Source of the DNA: an uncultured bacterium
Lineage (GTDB): Bacteria > Chloroflexota > UBA5177 > JANWHV01
Length of the DNA stretch: 64,000 nucleotides
NCBI GenBank assembly: GCA_963827235.1
Contig: CAWHAE010000014.1
Span: forward strand, 384,001 to 448,000
Direction of reading: 5' to 3'
The notes under the pieces were generated by a model. The model searched no databases. It was not told the origin of the DNA and saw nothing but the letters and a program-made list of their open reading frames with translations. Positions 53,597 through 64,000 of this stretch are shown piece by piece (within the stretch, counting starts at the first letter, position 1; the number at the start of each line of letters is the position of its first letter). Position numbers and translations under genes: made by a program.

Positions 53597-55678
53597 CTAA
53601 ACCTTTGCCTTCTGCGTCAGCTCCTCGAAGATATTCCGCGGCACGAAGTCGTAGTGCGATGGTTCCATGGTGTTCTGAGCCCGGCCCTGTGTCATGGATC
53701 GCAACGAAGTAGTGTAACCGAACATCTCCGACAACGGCACCAGCGCCCTGATCACCCGGCCGTTGCCAACCTGATCCATCGCCTCGATATGCCCTCTTCG
53801 TGCCGTCAGGTCTCCCATGATCTCGCCCATGAAGTCCTCGGGCGTGTTGACCTCGACGCGCATGATCGGCTCCAGAATGGTTGGGTTCGCCTTGCGCACT
53901 GCTTCTTTGAGGGCAATGGATCCGGCAATGTGGAATGCCTGCTCTGAAGAGTCCACCTCGTGGAACGTACCGTCGAACAACGAGACCTTGATGTCCACCA
54001 GCGGGTAGCCGGCGATCACGCCGTTTCGCGCCGCCTCGAAGGCGCCTTCCCTTACAGCCGGAATAAACTCGCGAGGAATGGCGCCGCCCGTAATCTTGTC
54101 GTCAAACTGGTAGCCGGCTCCGCGATCGAGAGGTGCAACTTCGATCCACACATCGGCAAACTGACCCTTACCTCCCGTCTGCCTGGCATAGCGGTGATGC
54201 TGCTTGGCGGAGGTCGTGATTGCCTCGCGATAGGCGACCTGCGGGCGGCCGGTGTTCGCGTTGACGCTGAATTCGCGCCGCATACGATCCACCATAATCT
54301 CGAGATGCAGCTCTCCCATGCCGGAGATAATCGTCTGGTTCGTCTCCTCGTCGGTGCGCACGCGGAAGGTCGGGTCTTCCTCGGCCAATCGGGTCAAGGC
54401 ATTACCCATCTTGTCCTGGTCAAGCTTCGACTTCGGCTCGATGGCCACCGTGATCACCGGCTCGGCAAACTTGATCGCTTCGAGAATGACCGGAGCGGAT
54501 GGATCGCAGAGCGTGTCTCCCGTGAATGTGTTCTTCAGTCCCACCACAGCCGCTATGTCGCCTGCGTAGACCTCGGTGATGTCCTCCCGGTGGTCGGCGT
54601 GCATCTGCAGCAGACGCCCTACGCGCTCGCGATTGCCTTTTGACGAATTCATGAGGTAGGAGCCCGCGGACAGCTTTCCTGAGTAGACGCGGAAATAGCA
54701 GAGCCGGCCGACGTACGGGTCGGAAACGATCTTGAAAGCCAGGGCAGCGAACGGCGCGGTCTCACTGGCCGGCCGTGCTACCTTCTCGCCGCTCGAGGGA
54801 TCGATCCCTTCTACCGGAGGCAGGTCGAGCGGTGACGGCAGATAGTCAATAACGGCGTCCAGCATCGGCTGCACGCCCTTGTTGCGAAGCGCCGAACCGC
54901 AGAACACCGGGCTGATTGCACCTGCAAGCACGCCGCTGCGCAGCGCCTTTTTCAGCTCCTCAATCGAGAACGTATCGCCTTCCAGGAAGCGTCCCAGCAG
55001 GTCGTCGTCGCCGGCGGCCTCGATGATCTTCTCCACCAGCACCTCGCGGTGCTTCTCCGCATCCTCGACGAGATCTCCCGGGATGTCCTCCACGGTGTAG
55101 TTCGCGCCGCGCTCGTCATGATAGAGGGTCGCCTTCATCTCGAGCAGATCGATGATTCCCCGGAAGGTGGCCTCAATACCTATCGGAAGCTGCGCTGGAA
55201 CCGAGTTCGCCCCAAGACGCTCCTTGAGCATGTCGACGCAGCGCCAGAAATCGGCGCCGGTGCGGTCCATCTTGTTGGCGAAGACAATGCGTGGAACACT
55301 GTACTTATCTGCCTGGCGCCAGACCTTCTCGGACTGAGGCTCAACGCCGGCTACGCCGTCGAGCACCACGATACCGCCGTCAAGCACGCGCAGAGACCGC
55401 TCGACCTCGGCGGTGAAGTCCACGTGCCCCGGGGTATCGATGATGTTGATACGGTGATCGTTCCAGAAGCAGGTCGTGGCCGCGGACGTGATCGTGATGC
55501 CGCGCTCTTTCTCCTGCTCCATCCAGTCCATCGTGGCGGCGCCCTCGTGGACCTCGCCTACCTTATGGATGCGACCGGTATAGAACAATATACGCTCGGT
55601 CGTCGTGGTCTTACCCGCGTCGATGTGAGCGATGATACCGATGTTTCTCGTCCGCTCGAGCGGAACAGCGCGAGGCAT
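53597..55678 (-). CDS. fusA: Elongation factor G
   Basis: [24 protein letters not shown]. Confidence 0.99.
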   Translation of the reverse strand: MPRAVPLERTRNIGIIAHIDAGKTTTTERILFYTGRIHKVGEVHEGAATMDWMEQEKERGITITSAATTCFWNDHRINIIDTPGHVDFTAEVERSLRVLDGGIVVLDGVAGVEPQSEKVWRQADKYSVPRIVFANKMDRTGADFWRCVDMLKERLGANSVPAQLPIGIEATFRGIIDLLEMKATLYHDERGANYTVEDIPGDLVEDAEKHREVLVEKIIEAAGDDDLLGRFLEGDTFSIEELKKALRSGVLAGAISPVFCGSALRNKGVQPMLDAVIDYLPSPLDLPPVEGIDPSSGEKVARPASETAPFAALAFKIVSDPYVGRLCYFRVYSGKLSAGSYLMNSSKGNRERVGRLLQMHADHREDITEVYAGDIAAVVGLKNTFTGDTLCDPSAPVILEAIKFAEPVITVAIEPKSKLDQDKMGNALTRLAEEDPTFRVRTDEETNQTIISGMGELHLEIMVDRMRREFSVNANTGRPQVAYREAITTSAKQHHRYARQTGGKGQFADVWIEVAPLDRGAGYQFDDKITGGAIPREFIPAVREGAFEAARNGVIAGYPLVDIKVSLFDGTFHEVDSSEQAFHIAGSIALKEAVRKANPTILEPIMRVEVNTPEDFMGEIMGDLTARRGHIEAMDQVGNGRVIRALVPLSEMFGYTTSLRSMTQGRAQNTMEPSHYDFVPRNIFEELTQKAKV

Positions 55679-55760
55679 GGTAATCTCCCTGGTTCGATAG
55701 CGCGTCCGCGGTCAGCCTGAGCACGTCGGCTCTACCCAACGCGCGTGTCGACCCCGAATG

Positions 55761-56231
55761 CTACCAACGATAGTGGGCGTACGCCTTATTCGACTCCGCC
55801 ATCTTGTGTGTGTCTTCTCTGCGCTTCACGGTAGCTCCCGTGCCGTTTGCCGCGTCACGCAGTTCGGATGCCAGCTTCTCAGCCATCGACTTACCTGACC
55901 GCGCCCGAGCCGATCGGATCAGCCAGCGCATGGCCAATGCAGTGCGGCGGTCGCCGCGGATCTCCACCGGGACCTGGTACGTCGAGCCGCCAACGCGCCG
56001 GGGCTTGACCTCGAGAATCGGCGTGGCATTGCGCATCGCCAGCTCGAACGTATCCATCGGCGGCCGATGGGTTTGGTGTTCGATCTGATCCATTGCTCCG
56101 TAGAATATGCCTTCGGAGATGGACTTCTTTCCGCCCTTCATAAGGCAGTTGATGAACTTCGAGACAGTCTTGCTGCCAAACCGTGCGTCCGGTGTCAATA
56201 CTCGCCGGCTCACTCGTGCGCGACGCGGCAT
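55761..56231 (-). CDS. rpsG: 30S ribosomal protein S7
   Basis: MPRR, RRVGGSTYQVP, NKAYAHYRW. Confidence 0.98.
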   Translation of the reverse strand: MPRRARVSRRVLTPDARFGSKTVSKFINCLMKGGKKSISEGIFYGAMDQIEHQTHRPPMDTFELAMRNATPILEVKPRRVGGSTYQVPVEIRGDRRTALAMRWLIRSARARSGKSMAEKLASELRDAANGTGATVKRREDTHKMAESNKAYAHYRW

Positions 56232-56286
56232 CTCGATCCCCCTAACCAACCTCGACAATCGACCCGCCATGCCTGGAGGCGAACGG

Positions 56287-56393
56287 TGCCCAGGCTCCCT
56301 GGGCAGTTGCTCCCCACGCCCTCTGGCACAGCCAGAGGCACTGACAAGAGAGGCCGGTACCACCAACCCCTCCGCAGTGCCTCTGGACGTGCC
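56287..56393 (-). promoter_or_regulatory. Structured rpsL-rpsG intercistronic RNA (candidate regulatory element)
   Basis: 12-bp inverted repeat 56332-56343/56375-56386, competing 8-bp hairpin 56320-56338, separate 8-bp hairpin 56287-56305. Confidence 0.5.
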
Positions 56394-56451
56394 ATCCGTT
56401 GGCTATGCGCCGGCAACCGTACCGGGTCCCGGCTCACGGCCCGCCAATTAC

Positions 56452-56895
56452 TTAGCGCTTGCCTCCGGCTTTTGCGTCGCCGGCCTTCGGACGTTTCGCC
56501 CCGTACTTCGATCGCCCTTGTTTGCGATCCTTGACACCCGCGGCGTCAAGAGTGCCGCGGACAATGTGATAGCGAACGCCCGGAAGATCCTTCACGCGAC
56601 CGCCACGGATCAAGACGACAGAGTGCTCCTGCAGATTATGACCTTCGCCAGGTATGTACGCGGTCACCTCGTACCCGTTGCTCAGCCGTACGCGCGCGAT
56701 CTTGCGAAGTGCCGAGTTCGGCTTCTTCGGTGTGATCGTTTTCACCTGGGTACAGACGCCACGCTTCTGCGGAGCGCCCTTCAGCCTCAGTGGCTTCTGC
56801 TCGAGCGAGTTGTACGCCCACCGGAGCGCCGGAGCAGCCGTCTTTTTTGGTGTTCGGGCGCGGCCCTTGCGAACCAGTTGCCGGATCGTAGGCAC
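56452..56895 (-). CDS. rpsL: 30S ribosomal protein S12
   Basis: [28 protein letters not shown]; carries the YNSL-type N-terminal insert seen in Firmicutes and Chloroflexota. Confidence 0.98.
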   Translation of the reverse strand: MPTIRQLVRKGRARTPKKTAAPALRWAYNSLEQKPLRLKGAPQKRGVCTQVKTITPKKPNSALRKIARVRLSNGYEVTAYIPGEGHNLQEHSVVLIRGGRVKDLPGVRYHIVRGTLDAAGVKDRKQGRSKYGAKRPKAGDAKAGGKR

Positions 56896-57001
56896 GATTC
56901 CAATCCCTCTTATATGAAAGATGGTGATTTGTCCAGGCACAACGTACTTGGGCCGCCATCCGGACGACAAAAAGTCAACCGACTTATAGCCACGATTTCC
57001 C

Positions 57002-57030
57002 ATTTTACCAGCAGAGGCCGCGCCCGTCAA
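57002..57030 (-). promoter_or_regulatory. str operon promoter
   Basis: TTGACG, 17 bp spacer ending in TGG (extended -10), TAAAAT. Confidence 0.8.
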
Positions 57031-57165
57031 CGCCAAATCCGTCAGACCGTCTGAATCGAACGAAGTCGCGGAGCCCACAGGGCTGGAAAACCGGCGAGAC
57101 GATAGCGGGCGCCGGCAGATTGAGTCGCCGGCGCCTTCCCTCCGTAAGCAAGTCTCTATTCTGCT

Positions 57166-64000
<6,835 letters not shown>

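Noticed and set aside
55685-55760. tRNA-like GGTTCGA in the rpsG-fusA spacer
   Set aside because: No cloverleaf or acceptor stem can be built around it.
57107-57135. Intrinsic terminator after rpoC
   Set aside because: A 9-bp GC stem (GGCGCCGGC/GCCGGCGCC) exists but has no U-tract on the coding strand, so it is not called a terminator.

Overview
High-GC bacterial chromosome segment. The beta' N-terminus ([28 protein letters not shown]), the EF-Tu and S12 sequences and the gene order point to Chloroflexota; this is recognition, not a database result. The left ~35 kb holds: a class-III aminotransferase and Gfo/Idh/MocA dehydrogenase pair; an 8-gene operon of unknown function (membrane GATase-like protein, ABC ATPase, permease, coiled-coil protein, MoxR AAA+, DUF58, two vWA proteins); a CPBP protease; divergent LON-N and CnoX-like genes; nucleotide-metabolism genes (pdp, two HADs, guaB, darA, tmk); PPi-PFK; and S2P-scpA-scpB. 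The right ~29 kb is the minus-strand rpoB-rpoC-str-S10-spc-alpha-truA-rplM-rpsI supercluster, which lacks infA. The most notable feature is a ~160-aa insertion built from modular helical repeats inside the second Zn-binding domain of RNA polymerase beta'; the two most similar copies share a 10-residue core whose codons differ only at synonymous sites. Also notable are a palindromic face-to-face promoter element (30071-30207), a two-state hairpin in the rpsL-rpsG spacer, and five +1 frameshifts (rpoB once, rpoC three times, one HAD) that look like systematic sequencing errors. No tRNA, rRNA, CRISPR array or mobile element was recognised. Many start codons were re-chosen by eye from RBS and family N-termini, so they differ from the ORF track.
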